Source of the DNA: Asterias rubens
Lineage: Eukaryota
DNA: 64,000 nucleotides
Direction of reading: 5' to 3'
Assembly (NCBI RefSeq): GCF_902459465.1
Contig: NC_047066.1
Coordinates: 9,238,001-9,302,000, forward strand
In this document: positions 46,559 to 59,308 of the stretch, one piece after another
Position numbering within the stretch: the first letter of the stretch is position 1
Layout: each line of letters begins with the position of its first letter
Translations under genes and position numbers: made by a program
The notes under the pieces: generated by a model
The model's database searches: none
Told to the model about the DNA's origin: nothing
Seen by the model: the letters and a program-made list of their open reading frames with translations, nothing else

Positions 46559-49500
46559 CTCTAAGGTAAAGCTGAATCCGCGCTAAGACCTAAACTTTCT
46601 TTAAAAAAATAAAAAAAAAAAAACTAGATGAGAATGACCAAGTGTGGCTTAGGGGCCATTCAGAAAAGTCAGTGTTGAAAAAAAATGCAACCCCAAAACA
46701 ACATAATTTTGACGCACCCAGCCGCCCCAATTTTGATTTGTTCAAACATTATACATGTATGGCTTCATAATACCGTCTTATAAACTGAAGAGCAAAGTAA
46801 TGCCTCAAGCTAACCAGATATTTTAGATAAAAGATTCCAAAATCAGACCTTTTCAATGGCTTTTCCTGGCATAAGCAAACGACTTCAATGTTATTCAGGA
46901 ATAATGATGATGCCCAAGCTGGGTATTGAAATAATATTCTGCCCATGCTCTGTGAAGTTTTATTCAAATTTACTTGGTTGACAGTACCTGCTTCTCACAG
47001 CAGTGCTACTCAATTCAAATCTGTCTAAGCGATATGTCTGCTTCGATGACCATTCCTTTACACACACATGCATCCCACATACTGAAAGTGTTAAGTGAGC
47101 GAGTAAGTGGGTGCGTCTACAAGCTCCAATGATTGGCACCTGTCTATCGGCAAATTTACATCATGACAGTGAGATGTAACTTGACTTTGAGAAATAATCT
47201 CAGGAGGTTTGTGGTGTACATGTACATTGGTGGCACTCGTTTGTGAAGTTTACAAGTTAAAAGATGTGTTGGAGATTTGAGTTCAAGTTAAATGGGACAA
47301 TTGTGTGCCTTCAAATGTGATTAGAGAAGATCTCAAAGTACAAGTGGGATCAGAGCACGTGTCTGAGTGAAATGCTAAATTGATGGCAGGCAGTGAAATC
47401 AACTTTGAACAGATACATGTAAGGGGCTTTAATAAGGGGGCTTTGAAAGTGTAAACTTATATTGGAGCAAATGAACAAAAAAAAAATTAACTGTTGCGAA
47501 CTGTTTAAAGGGAGGCTACACCTTTGATAATTGATCCAAAAATGAATGACCATAAAAACCTACTAGGTAAGAAGCACTGCAACTGTTGTTAATGTATAAC
47601 ATTTTGGGCAACAATTCTTGATTAAAATACTATGACAGGTTTTTGCTGCTTTCCCAGCATCTAGACATCGTATTCACCTGAAACTTTTACATAATGTGAC
47701 TTTTACAGTATGTGTCTTGATAATGTTGTCTCTAAATCAGCATCATGTTTACAAAAACCTATCTATAAGAAACTGCCTTCAAGCACGCCGACCAAGCTGT
47801 CAACGCATCCTTAAGACTTAGTATAAACCTTTTTCAGAAAAACTCAATTAGAAAGTTTTTATAACAATTCCATACACTCTTTTTGTGACATGTTTCTAAA
47901 TGAAACGCAGAAGAATTCTAAGAAAAGATTTAATGTCCTGATTTACTCTCCCACAAAGCACTAAAAATCCTTCAAAGGAAACACAAACTTAAGGAAGTAT
48001 TTCCATCGCTCAAACAAAAGTGCAACCGAAATCTGACAAGTCAAACTAATTTCATTCCCACTCCCCTGTACAGCATTGCAAGATGTCTGTTCTGTAAATC
48101 AACAAGCGCTGAATGGTACTGTGACCAAGGAAAAGGTAATCGCAGGAAACTGGCAGGGGGAAATGATGAGCTTAAGGCCCGGTACAGCAGTGTCAATATC
48201 AACGTTCTCCAGAAATAAGGATCGCGCTTGAGAAGTCATCGATAATCCTCAAGTCTCGAAAACTATTACTTCATCGCAAAGTCCACAATTTTAAGTTTAA
48301 CGGGCCTTCAAGGTAAAGAAATGCAATTTGACAGGAGGTACATGTAAACACTCCGCTGTGTATTCCTTTTTGTTACATCCTGCCTCTCATAAAAACACCA
48401 CAGCAGGCCTGCCGTTTTTGAAAGGGCACAGGCACCAAGGCATTTTCTCATTGGTAAAGGGCACCCTATGAGGAAATTGTAAGTTTCTACAGGAGCATTT
48501 CAAGGGCGCCAAGGCAATGACTAGGGGGAATATGAGGGCAACTGCCTTTGTTGCCTTTGTGAAGTATCAGGCCTGCCACAGTCAACAGGTCCTAATTCTT
48601 CTTAACAAACACCACGATTGTCGAAACACAACTTGTGTTTTATAGCAATTGAAAGTTTCTTCAGCTTTAAATGTATTCATGCAAAAGTTTTACGAGTAAA
48701 GACATGTTTAGGATATGGATTATTATGTTTGTATCGCAACTATGGCTAAATTTAATGTTGAGAATCAGCGTGCAGCCAAAAACAAATCATGGCAACATTA
48801 TGCTTACTCTTTGTCTCAAAGCCAAACTTTGATTTTGCGTGAGGTTTGCCTTTACAAGTAATTCAGATGCCAACAAATACAATTATTCCTAAAGTTGTAT
48901 AAAGAATCTGACCTTTCTTTTTTTTACAACACACCTATTGCGTACATGAGAACATGTCCAAACAAATCTATCTAAAGTTCTAAAAATATTCCCTCTTCAA
49001 ACCTCTGTACTTGAACCTCCAAAAAGTGAAAATGAAAAACAATCCACCCTCACTCCCTTGGGGTAGCAACTCAAAGACCGCCTAAACGACACGAAAATTA
49101 CTGCATTAAGCTAATTTCCACCGACATGAACTACACGTCACCATAACAAACACCTTCTACAAGTTGAATTTCACGCTCCATCAATAGCATCAAGTTTGTA
49201 GACTCATCAGGGACACTGGGGCAGCCTGGGCAGGAAATTTCCACTTCCCATCGTGGCTCCAGCACTAATTTGGCTCTGACCTTTCCACTGATTCCAATAC
49301 CGTTCCTCTTGGCACGAATGACAATCCTTCTCCAAAGTTATCTTACACACTATAACAAAGTACGTTCAACCTTAAGGATTTGAGCCCGCTTTACAGCCCC
49401 CTCTTTTCTGGCTTAAATAGACATGAAGGATCGACACCTTTGGGGCCGTTCATACCTGCCCATCCTGTGCATCAGGTAAAGATAATGAGTGTATTGTTTG

Positions 49501-50684
49501 CTTCGTTCTTGGGACCCACAAGTAACAACAAAACTTTCCTTTACAAAGCTAGGTACAGTTAAAACAAACATTTGCTTGTTCACCAAACTTCTAAAATTTC
49601 TTTTCAAAAAGTGTATAATTTGCGTCTCACTTTAGCGTCACTTATTGTTTTACCCACAACAAAAAGGTGTAAGAAAACTTGCCATTACATTTCATTTGCA
49701 TACATGTACACAATTGGTACACTTTGTGAAAAGCCACCACTACTCAAAAAAACCATGTTAAGACTTTACTTTTTTTTTTTTTTTTTTTAAACAGATCTGA
49801 ACTGCAGAAATGTTGGAGCTATCTTAACATCCCTTTTGTTTTAAAAACTCACTCAGATTAACTTTAAAGAGCTTCTTCATTTAATAACTCAGTTAAAAAA
49901 CTTACAAAAGAAAACAAAAAATAAATAAACGAAGACAAAAGACATGCAGCATCTTTCTTCTAAGCCCAAGACAGCCCTTCACACATTTCTAATAGTGTAT
50001 AATTTGCGTGACAGCACATACCCATTTCCCCTCACTCCCAAGGAAGGTACTAATTACCAAGCAATCCCTCTCAGCTCAACTCCCACTACGTTATCTCCGT
50101 TGCCAAATTCCTTTGACCCGTCCCCACAAAACCACCGAACCCCGAAGAGTACCCCTCCCTGGCACACTGGGACCCAATATTGAACTCCTTGATAAAAAAA
50201 ACGTCAAACTGTGAATAACAATATTAGATATCCTTTTTTTTCCTGTTTCGTAATTTCAAAAAGAGGGACGTGGTATGGATTGACACTTGTCTGTAGGGGG
50301 AGGTCTAGTAAATGGGAAGCCTCGAGGCATGGGTGTTGGAATCTCACGACGGTAGCTTCCTCTTCAAGCCCCAAGATGATAGAAGGTTGAGATTGTCAAA
50401 ACATAGATAAGGAACAGGTAGCACAGATGATGAAAAAAGGGTCAAAGCAACTTCACGCATGCTGAGTCCGACGGATGTCTCGCAAACAGCTAATCTTGTG
50501 TCTCACAAACAGTGAAATTTCCATGTAGAACTTTTTCCAAACTGTCAGAGCTGAACTTTGAGTGGCTTACTGGAATCCAAAGGTAGTTTTCCTTTGAATA
50601 AATCTAAATTTAAAGTGAAAACTGTATAAATTTAGATGATGTACAGAAAACTGACCTGTTAAAATTCATAAGGTCACAGCATTT

Positions 50685-51068
50685 TTAAAGATGCTATGTC
50701 AGATTTTTGGCCCCAAACATTAAAAAATAGATTTTCTTGAGTGAATGGTATTTCAAAGAGTATCACCCGCTCTAACGAAAACAAATTTAACTTTTACTTT
50801 TAATGGTCAGGAACCATGACAAAAATTTAGAACGTTTCTCATAAAACACATAAGAATTGGTCACGTGATATATGGTTGAGATGACGGATCTTGACAAAAA
50901 CTAATTTTGAGCACTTTATTTCACTGCTACTAATAATTGGCGGACTTTTTTCAAGCAATGGCTCAAATGAAAGCTTGTAACTTTCTCGACCCCCATCAAA
51001 ATACTTATTGAATTTTAAATCAAAATTTTTGGGTCAAATCGGCCAACAATCTGACAGAGCATCTTTAA
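50685..51068. mobile_element. TTAA MITE family 5
   Basis: ttaaagatgctatgtcagatt ... aatctgacagagcatctttaa. Confidence 0.82.
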
Positions 51069-52056
51069 TATACATGTATCACAAAATATCCAGAGCGGAA
51101 GAATAACCCGTAACTGGAATACAAAATCTGAGAAACATGTTGTTTGCATAAAAAAAAAATTTGCAAAATGTCTATACTTTGTGAAAAACTTATTACTGTA
51201 GTTAAAACCATAGTCAAATCTAATGCAATAGCAATAAAGAATCAACAGAGAATTTCTTGAAAGTAATCAAAGTTGATATCTATTCAACATTTTCACAAGT
51301 GTATATTTTCAGTCTTGTAATTTTGTTCACATGTTTAATTTTTCAGAAACAATTTTAACGTAGAAGTTTAAAAGTTGTGAAAATCTGTTAAGACTTTCAA
51401 AAACCACATTTTACACCTAAAAGTTCACCATACATGTAACTAAAGAGAGAGAAATATTGAGAACAGCTTTGTGACACATGTATTTTTGAAGACTGTAGTA
51501 ATGTTATCTCCAACCTGACCTTGGAATGTGGAGAGAGGGGATCACAAAGTCACCAAAATGGAGAGCATTTTCCAGTCAGTTCGCCACCTGGCTTTCCTTG
51601 GGAAACTGTACCCGATTTAGTCATCCGAAGATAAGAGTCGGTAAGTCACATCAAATCGGGTCTCCCTGGCTGTGATGGCAAACTAGGAAATTGAGACCAT
51701 GATGCAATACGCGTCGCAGAAAAAGGGCCTCATAATAGGACTAAGGCCAAAAAAATAAAAACATGTTTAGCGTCCTCCCTTTTTGAAAAATGGAAGGTTT
51801 TTTTTTTTTTTTTTTTTTTTTCAAAACGGCCGCCACACACATATTTTAACACAAATGCTTGAGCTATTTTTTTTTCTTATATCTTTAACTTTAAAATATA
51901 AAAATCCAGAGGAGGTAGCCTCTGCTTTAATTTTGATCTGGCCTAACAGATGTTTGGTTTAGTTAGAGAAAGGCAGGAGCAACTATTGCATCAGGTTATG
52001 GCTCATGGTTGGTTCAAGTGTTTGACATGTTGGTCAGTAGGGGGTAGCACTTCCTC

Positions 52057-52420
52057 TTAAAGCCATTGGACCCTTTCGGTAAACAGTGTTGTCCAAGGCC
52101 CACACTTCGTGTATCACAACTTCTATATCAAATAACAAACCTGTGAAAATCGGTCATCGGAGTCGGGAGAAAATAACGGGAAAACCCACCCTTGTATCCG
52201 CGCGTTTCGCCGTGTCATGACATGTGTTTAAAATAAATCCGTAATTCTCGCTATCGAAAATTGATATTGTTTTACCGTTTTCTCAAAAAGTCAAGCATTT
52301 CATGGAATAATATTTCGAGAGAAGTCTTTCACCACTACCTTCTGTAAACCCTGTAAAGTTATTTGTAAATCTGTGAACTTTTATTTTTTTTTCTGTACCG
52401 AAAGGGTCCAATGGCTTTAA
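52057..52420. mobile_element. TTAA MITE family 2 (opposite-orientation copy at 57062-57425)
   Basis: Perfect 25-bp inverted ends ttaaagccattggaccctttcggta / taccgaaagggtccaatggctttaa. Confidence 0.9.
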
Positions 52421-52432
52421 ACATAGAACTGT

Positions 52433-52662
52433 GGAACAAGATAAAATGCCGGATCCACTACCCCTGTAAGCTATTTGAAGTGCTAATTGGTCAGTTTGCG
52501 AACAGGAACAGTAACAAGTTTTGCCTAAATTTCTAACTTATGGTAAGGAACAAGATAAAATGCCGGTTCCACTACCCTGTAAGCTATTTCAAGCGTTAAT
52601 TGGTCAATTTGCGAACAGGAACAGTAACAAATTTTTGCCTCAATTACTAACTTATGCTAAGG
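52433..52662. repeat. ~114-bp tandem duplication next to the MITE end
   Basis: ggaacaagataaaatgccgg.tccactacc...tgcgaacaggaacagtaacaa occurs twice. Confidence 0.9.
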
Positions 52663-53320
52663 AAATTGTCTACATGTATGTACCGAGCTTATAGAGTTGC
52701 ATATTTAATAAATTAAATTTGAGGTCACACGCTTTTCTTCAAAATGGTCTCCATAATGAATTTATGACAAGTCCTAGTTCTAAATCAATTTGGGCACTGA
52801 CTTGAATTACTAAGAACAATTTTTTGACAACTGAATTTCAGTCTTGAAATTCCTCTCAACACATGTATATGCCACCATCAGGATGGTGGGTGGAGGACAT
52901 AGGTCTCTGACAAGTGGTGATAGCTCTAAAAACGAGTAGGGTACTATTTTGTAAAAACAGTCCGCTAAAAAGGGAAAGCTTTTTCCTCACTAAAACATCA
53001 AAAAACAATCAGCAAATTACCTCCTACAAAAAAAACACAAATAACCAAGAGGGTTTTGCGATATGGACAAACTCTTTAAGAACAATGCCAATGTTCCTAT
53101 CACTCATCTTCCAGCCAAAAACTTCAACAACTTACTTAGATACCATCCACAGCTTTGGAAAGGTATTAGGTATGAGTGGGTGTGAACCATCATCCTTCAA
53201 TTTGGTGCAAGAGTGACTGACAGAGAGTACTATATGTACTCTCTTAGGTACCCTCACTTCAAAATAGTACTACTTTTTAAAGCTGGGCCCGCATACCTTC
53301 AAAAGGTCCCCTCTAGTATA

Positions 53321-53668
53321 GTGTCATGGTCGAGTGGTTAAGAGCATCAAATTCAAAATCTGGTGCTAAGTCACCAGAGTGTGGGTTCGAATCCCGGTCG
53401 TGACACTTGTGTCCTTGAGCAGGATGCTTTTTACTGTATTTGCTTCTCTTTACCCAGGGGTATAAATGGGTACCTGCGAGGGTAGAGGTTGATAATGTGA
53501 ATGAAAAAGCCTTTGGAGCGATGTCAACTGTTGCCCAGGTTGTATACTCCCAAGGGAGCTGAGAAACATTAAACAAGAGATGTTATTGGCCCTATGACCA
53601 GGGCACTAATGTAAAGCGCATTGATACGGTTATTGTGAAATGCGCTATATAAGAGTTGTTATCATTTA
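53321..53668 (+). mobile_element. Full-length tRNA-derived SINE (same family as 28606)
   Basis: A/B boxes and shared central domain. Confidence 0.87.
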
Positions 53669-54257
53669 TTTAAAAGAATACTACTTTTAAAGGTTCCCTC
53701 CCTTCAAGAGAGTGCTTAAGGTACATGTACGTACACTCATCCTCCAATTTCATGTAACATGTGTAACTGTGTAAGGAGGAATTTTTCCTCCGCGCAACTC
53801 CATGAGACTAACGACAGATTTCCAATTTCTCTGAGGAAAAAGTCAACTTTTACTGTAAGAGCATTTCAGGGGGCATGGAGGCAATCACCTTCGTTGCCTC
53901 AGTGAAGCATCAGGCCTAGCGAATTATGATCATGTTCAAACTATAAAGAAAATCACCGGCAATTAACAAATCTGTCGGCACTAATTGTCTGTAACCTATT
54001 GATTGTCGTTTCATTCGTATGAATCATCACTCAATCAGAATCTATACCACAGATGTGTACTTCAAGTCCACATGATGTCTTCATTGAGATCATTGAAACC
54101 TGTTCCGTACACCACTCAATGTTGATCAATGACATGCACACCACATTGAGACTCTGCTGACATCCATCCCACACTTTGAACATATGTTTTCATAATAAGT
54201 AGGGTTTGAAACTTTGCGTGGTCGAAGAATAACTAAGAGAGGTTTGAGGTTGAGTCC

Positions 54258-54653
54258 TTAAAGAAACACGTTGCCTTGGATCGGAGGAGTTGGTCTTTTA
54301 CAAGCATTTGAAACCGTTTGTAATGAAATACATTATGGTTAGAAAGATCTTTTAAAAGTAGAATATAATAATCAACACAAGTATCACTCGAAATTGAACG
54401 GTTTTCCCTTTACATTTCGAACTAACACGGTCGGCCATTTATGGGAGTAAAAATTTTGACTCCCATATATGGCCGACCGTGTTTCTTTGCGACGTATAAG
54501 GAAAACCGTGCAATTTTGAGGCATGTTTGTGTGGATCATTATATTATACTTTTAAATTATCTACACTATCTAACCATTTGCCATTCATAACGAACGGTTT
54601 CAAATACTTTTCAAAGACCAACTCGACCGATCCAAGGCAACGTGTTCGTTTAA
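54258..54653. mobile_element. TTAA MITE family 3 nested inside a Penelope-like element (54199-54722)
   Basis: ttaaag.aacacgttgccttggatcgg ... ccgatccaaggcaacgtgttc.tttaa; internal palindrome acacggtcggccat...atggccgaccgtgt. Confidence 0.88.
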
Positions 54654-57600
54654 CCTCCGGTTCTTTTCAGAACCGACACTACTCAAAAGAGATATTCACA
54701 TAGTGTTACCGCAAACCTCTCTTATATAGAAATAGGCCTCCATGCTTACATGTAGTAACATACACGTCGTTGTCTACAATGTATAAGGTCGAACGTCAGG
54801 CTATTAACTATTTTTTGCATTTATACCTTTCGATTGGTAAGCAGTTTGCAATCCAGCTAATTGTACTTTCTCAAAAATAAATTTGAACGGATGAATTTGA
54901 AGTATAAAAGCTTGCAGTCCTTGCTTGCTGTGATTCGATCAAGTTTTTGAGTTATGTTATGTTTTTTATTGTTTCGATTACTTTTCAATTCATTATTATT
55001 ACATTCAGGATTATAATAAGTTTAAGCATGTTAAGTTTCATTTTAATTATTGGACATGTACAAGTTCTTGTTTATATTTTTAGCGCAATGAGTACTTTTG
55101 TGGTAGTGTGCGCTTAATTATCACCACTATCACCCTCTTTCGAAATCTGCCCAGCACTGTACGTGCATAAACTTGTTTTACATAAATTTAGTGAAGGAGT
55201 GACGTCAATGGTCACATAATTCAAAAGCTATCTGACAGGTGACTTACCCCTATATCAGTGTAGTTGCAAAACATGAAGCGTGCACACATGGAGAGAAACA
55301 TAAGGTTTTAGATTCCCCACAGAGTGCACCATCTACTTTTGATATAACACACTAAACTTTAACCAGTTTTATAGGCTGGAAGCCATCTTGTTTTTCTTTG
55401 CATTTGTCCGGTTCAGATTAGCACTAATCAATGACTTACACAAACAAGGAAACAATCATAAATCAGAAGGAACTGTTTTATTGAATCTTAATGGCTTCTC
55501 CTATTTGTTAAAACCCCACCAGGATGTTCACTCATGAACACAATATTAGGAACAAACTTCTGGTCAATACAACTGATCATGTCAGTAAACTGTTTTTTGT
55601 TCCCTTTTCTTTCTTTCTTTATGTAGCAAATTTTGAAAAGAAATTTTCATTTTCGAGATCTAATTCGAAAAAAAAATAATTTAACATTGAAAGGTTGTCT
55701 GATTATGTCAACTAGAAACTTGAAACCATTTGCCAATTGTTTGTTATTTTGATTTATTAGAAGATGCAGCAATGGTTGAGTATGAATGAGAGAAGTAATG
55801 ACATTGGTTGCTCGGGCCAAATCGCATAGATGCCGAGCAGAAACATGGAAACAGTAGCTAACCAGAATAAGATTAACAGCTAAAACACAATATCACATGA
55901 AGAAGCTGTACCTACTGTAGTATTCTAGGTTTTTTTGCTTAGCAGTGCCTCTGAAAAAAAAGTTATCATGGATGGATGTCTTTATAAACAGGTGTTGTCA
56001 TTTTACCCCTGCAAAATTGGCAGCTTCACACAGCAAAATTCCGGTCCCGAGTATAAACCCATTTACAGACAAAATTTCCGAACAAGACGAAAAAGTTTTG
56101 TCAGACGAAAAAGTCTTGTCAAAGGTAAGAACCCTATGACTAATGTGAGTTTTTGTCTCAAGACCAGTCTGTCTGTCAGTCGGCAGTCCGTCACTCTACA
56201 CCATCGTTGTCTGTCCATGTCCGGACACCCTGAGGGTAAGGAAGCCAACACTGGGTAACATGGAAGCAATTCAAGCAGCGTAGATGAAACATGACCCTTT
56301 ATTATTATCAGTAAGATCAAGATGGAGGTCTGAGGGTAGACCACAGTTTCCCAGCGGTTGATGAACTGACCCAAAAAACGTGGTAAAAATAAAAATTGAT
56401 GATTGACTCTGACTTAGTCTTGATTATCCAATATCGCAACTCGCATTACTGGAGTAGAGATGTATCAAACAAACATCTTGATCAGATACATAGACTTCCC
56501 CAGTCTCTCCAAATCAGCCTCTAAAACAGTAGATGTTGCGGCGATGTTCATTTAGTTACATGTACATGTATACTCGCCAGTATATTGCAACACAAATTAC
56601 TGGAGAAGAAATTTCAGTATCAAACAAACTTCAAGAGCCAGATTCATAGACTTGCTCAGTCTCTCCACAGAATGAACAAACAAAACAAGTATAATATTCC
56701 TTCAACTTTTCTTACGACAATTTTTAAATCTCAAGGCAGCCACTGCAGCCTTTTGTTTCCCTATGTGGATCTGAAAAAAGTTGGGCATCTCCATGCAATA
56801 CTTTTTGTTTTTGATGTTATTTACATGTATTGCTGTTTTTACTTTAATCTCAAATATTTTGTAGTGTGTGGTAGGGGGTGCAAGCCATTATGTAGTCCAT
56901 CTGTTCTTGCATACTGTTATATTATGTTGTGAATTGTCCATTAACACTGGTTGTTTATCGATTTGATGTACCCCCTAACAGCCATAATGAGTCTAATGTC
57001 ATCGATTTCTTCTATGATATATACTTTTTATTTTCTTTGCTGAGCGGGTCAACTGTCACCCTTAAAGCCATTATACACTTTCGGAGTTCACCCATTCACA
57101 GATTTACAAATAATTTACAGGGTTTACAGAAGGTAACGGTGAAAGACTTCTCTTGAAATATTGTTCCATGAAATGCTTTACTTTTTGAGAAAACATTAAA
57201 ACAATATAAATTCTCATTAGCGAGAATTACGGATTTATTTTAAACACATGTCATGACACGGCCAAACGCGCGGAAACAAGAATGGGTTTTCCCGTTATTT
57301 TCTCCCGACTCCGATGACCGATTGAACCTAAATTTGCACAGGTTTGTTATTTTATATATAAGTTGTGATACACGAAGTGTGGGACTTGGACAATACTGTT
57401 TACCAAAAGTGTATAATGGCTTTAAGGACGGTAAACAAAAATGAAAGCCTTTTACATGTAGTCTCACAAAAATAACTTACATGTACATTGTATGTCAATA
57501 ATCACTTAGTATTTTCTTCTGAAGACTACACTACAAACAGCCAAGTGTACTGTCAACACGTCTCAGGAAAGTCCAAGTCAAGTTTCAAGTCACAAAGAGA

Positions 57601-57670
57601 TTGGGGGGGGGGGGGGGTGGGGAGTCCGAGTGACTATGAGCCTAGGGTCACTGACCTTCTAGCCTAAGGT

Positions 57671-57966
57671 CACTGACCTTCTAACCCTGCTCCCTGCTTC
57701 TGACCTACATGTGGAAGACTTGAATGAATATTCCCAATACCAATGGTGAGCCTTCCCTTAAAAGGAACACGTTGCCTTGGATCGGACGAGTTGGTCTATA
57801 AAACACTTGGTAACAACACTCACTGACCTTCTAACCCTGCTCCCTGCTTCTGACCTACATGTGGAAGACTTGAATGAATATTCCCAATACCAATGGTGAG
57901 CCTTCCCTTAAAAGGAACACGTTGCCTTGGATCGGACGAGTTGGTCTATAAAACACTTGGTAACAA
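57671..57966. repeat. Perfect 150-bp-period tandem duplication containing a family-3 MITE terminus
   Basis: 57671-57816 is identical to 57821-57966. Confidence 0.93.
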
Positions 57967-58619
57967 TACTCGGATCCAAATTTCGGCGCATAAAAACTTT
58001 TATATTAAAAATAAAGAGCATTACTCCGCAGTGGAATATTTCTCATAATAACCATTATAGTGGTTTCTTTTGAGAAGCCAAGCGCATATCCATCACTCAA
58101 TGACGCTCAAGGGCTTCAACAATCAGTATTTTCCTGCAAGGTATGTTGAACTAGTTTGAATTATGAGACCTTTTTACGTCACACCATTCAATGGTGCTGT
58201 GACGCAATATGCTGCCAAACAAAAATGTTTTGGGCAGAAGCTGGAGTACGTGTCTAACCAACAGTTTTTATTGCCATTAATTTTACCAAAGTGATAAACC
58301 AAACGTATTTCTTCCCTTTAAAAACATTTAAATTGTTTTTCACTGATAATGAGAAAAGTGCGTGTTCAAACTCAAAGCAGGTGTCTCGATCAATGGCCTT
58401 GGTTAGTACCAAGGTGTACACAACCAATCATTTCCGTTCTTAATTACACATTTCCTATAAAGCGCTACCAATCATATTCAAACTAAAGGTTTTTTAATAC
58501 ACTGAGATGTCACTTGCCAGTCAACAACACCATAAAATCCAATTCAATTAAATTGTTACTTTTCAGATCTACACTGGCTACCCATTAAGAACAGAATCAT
58601 CTTCAAGATTTTTGTACAC

Positions 58620-58865
58620 TGTATGTCTATCGCTCATCAAAAGGCACTTTACCACCATATCTCTCAGAAGGACTCCAACCTATCTTTACTACCGCCAGTC
58701 TATGCACTCAAATAACAAAAATCTTTTAAGGAAACTCCGGCCAAAACATCATGGGGTGAAATATCATTTACTTCTGCTGCCTTCATTATGGAACGACTTG
58801 CCGGATCGTATTAAACTTTTTCAATCACAAGCTTTGTTCAAAACTTTGCTAAAAACTAAAGTCTC
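58620..58865 (+). mobile_element. Decayed 3' end of a CR1/L2-clade LINE ORF2
   Basis: Translates to ..PPYLSE.. and, after a frameshift, LWNDLPDRIKLFQSQALFKTLLKTK. This fits the WNxLP...FKxxLK C-terminal signature of CR1/L2-type reverse transcriptase ORFs. Confidence 0.72.
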
Positions 58866-58903
58866 CACTCCATGTAATGAGGACTGCATAATTGTCCCTT
58901 CTT

Positions 58904-59308
58904 TTAAAGGCAGTGGACACTATTGGTTATGTACTCAAAGTAATTGTCAGCATAATAACCTACTTGGTAACAAGCAATGGAGAGCTGTTGATAGTATAAA
59001 CAAATTGTGAGAAACAGCTCCCTCTGAAGTAACGTGGTTTTCGAGAGAGAAGTAATTTTCCATGAAATTATTTCAATTTAATTTTGAGACCTGACCTCAG
59101 AATTAGATTTTCTACAAACACACATCTAAAGCATCTAAAAGCACCAAACTTCGTGTGACAAGGATGTTTTTCTTTCGTTATTATCTCTTAACTTCGACGA
59201 CCAACTGAGCTCAAATTTTCACAGGTTAGTCATTTTATGCATATGTCGAGATACACCAAGTGAGAAGACTGGTCTTTGACATTTACCAATAGTGTCCAGT
59301 GTCTATAA
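58904..59308. mobile_element. Family-1 TTAA MITE (further copies 61024-61412 and partial 36027-36272)
   Basis: ttaaaggcagtggacactattgg ... ccaatagtgtccagtgtc. Confidence 0.87.

Noticed and set aside
48064-48135. CLFCKSTSAEWYCDQ B-box-like peptide before a GT donor
   Set aside because: Zinc ligands are incomplete, and there is no acceptor or partner exon.
55935-56374. Overlapping 64-107-aa ORFs with donor-like GTAAGA/GTAAGG
   Set aside because: No recognisable domain, and no consistent multi-exon model could be built.
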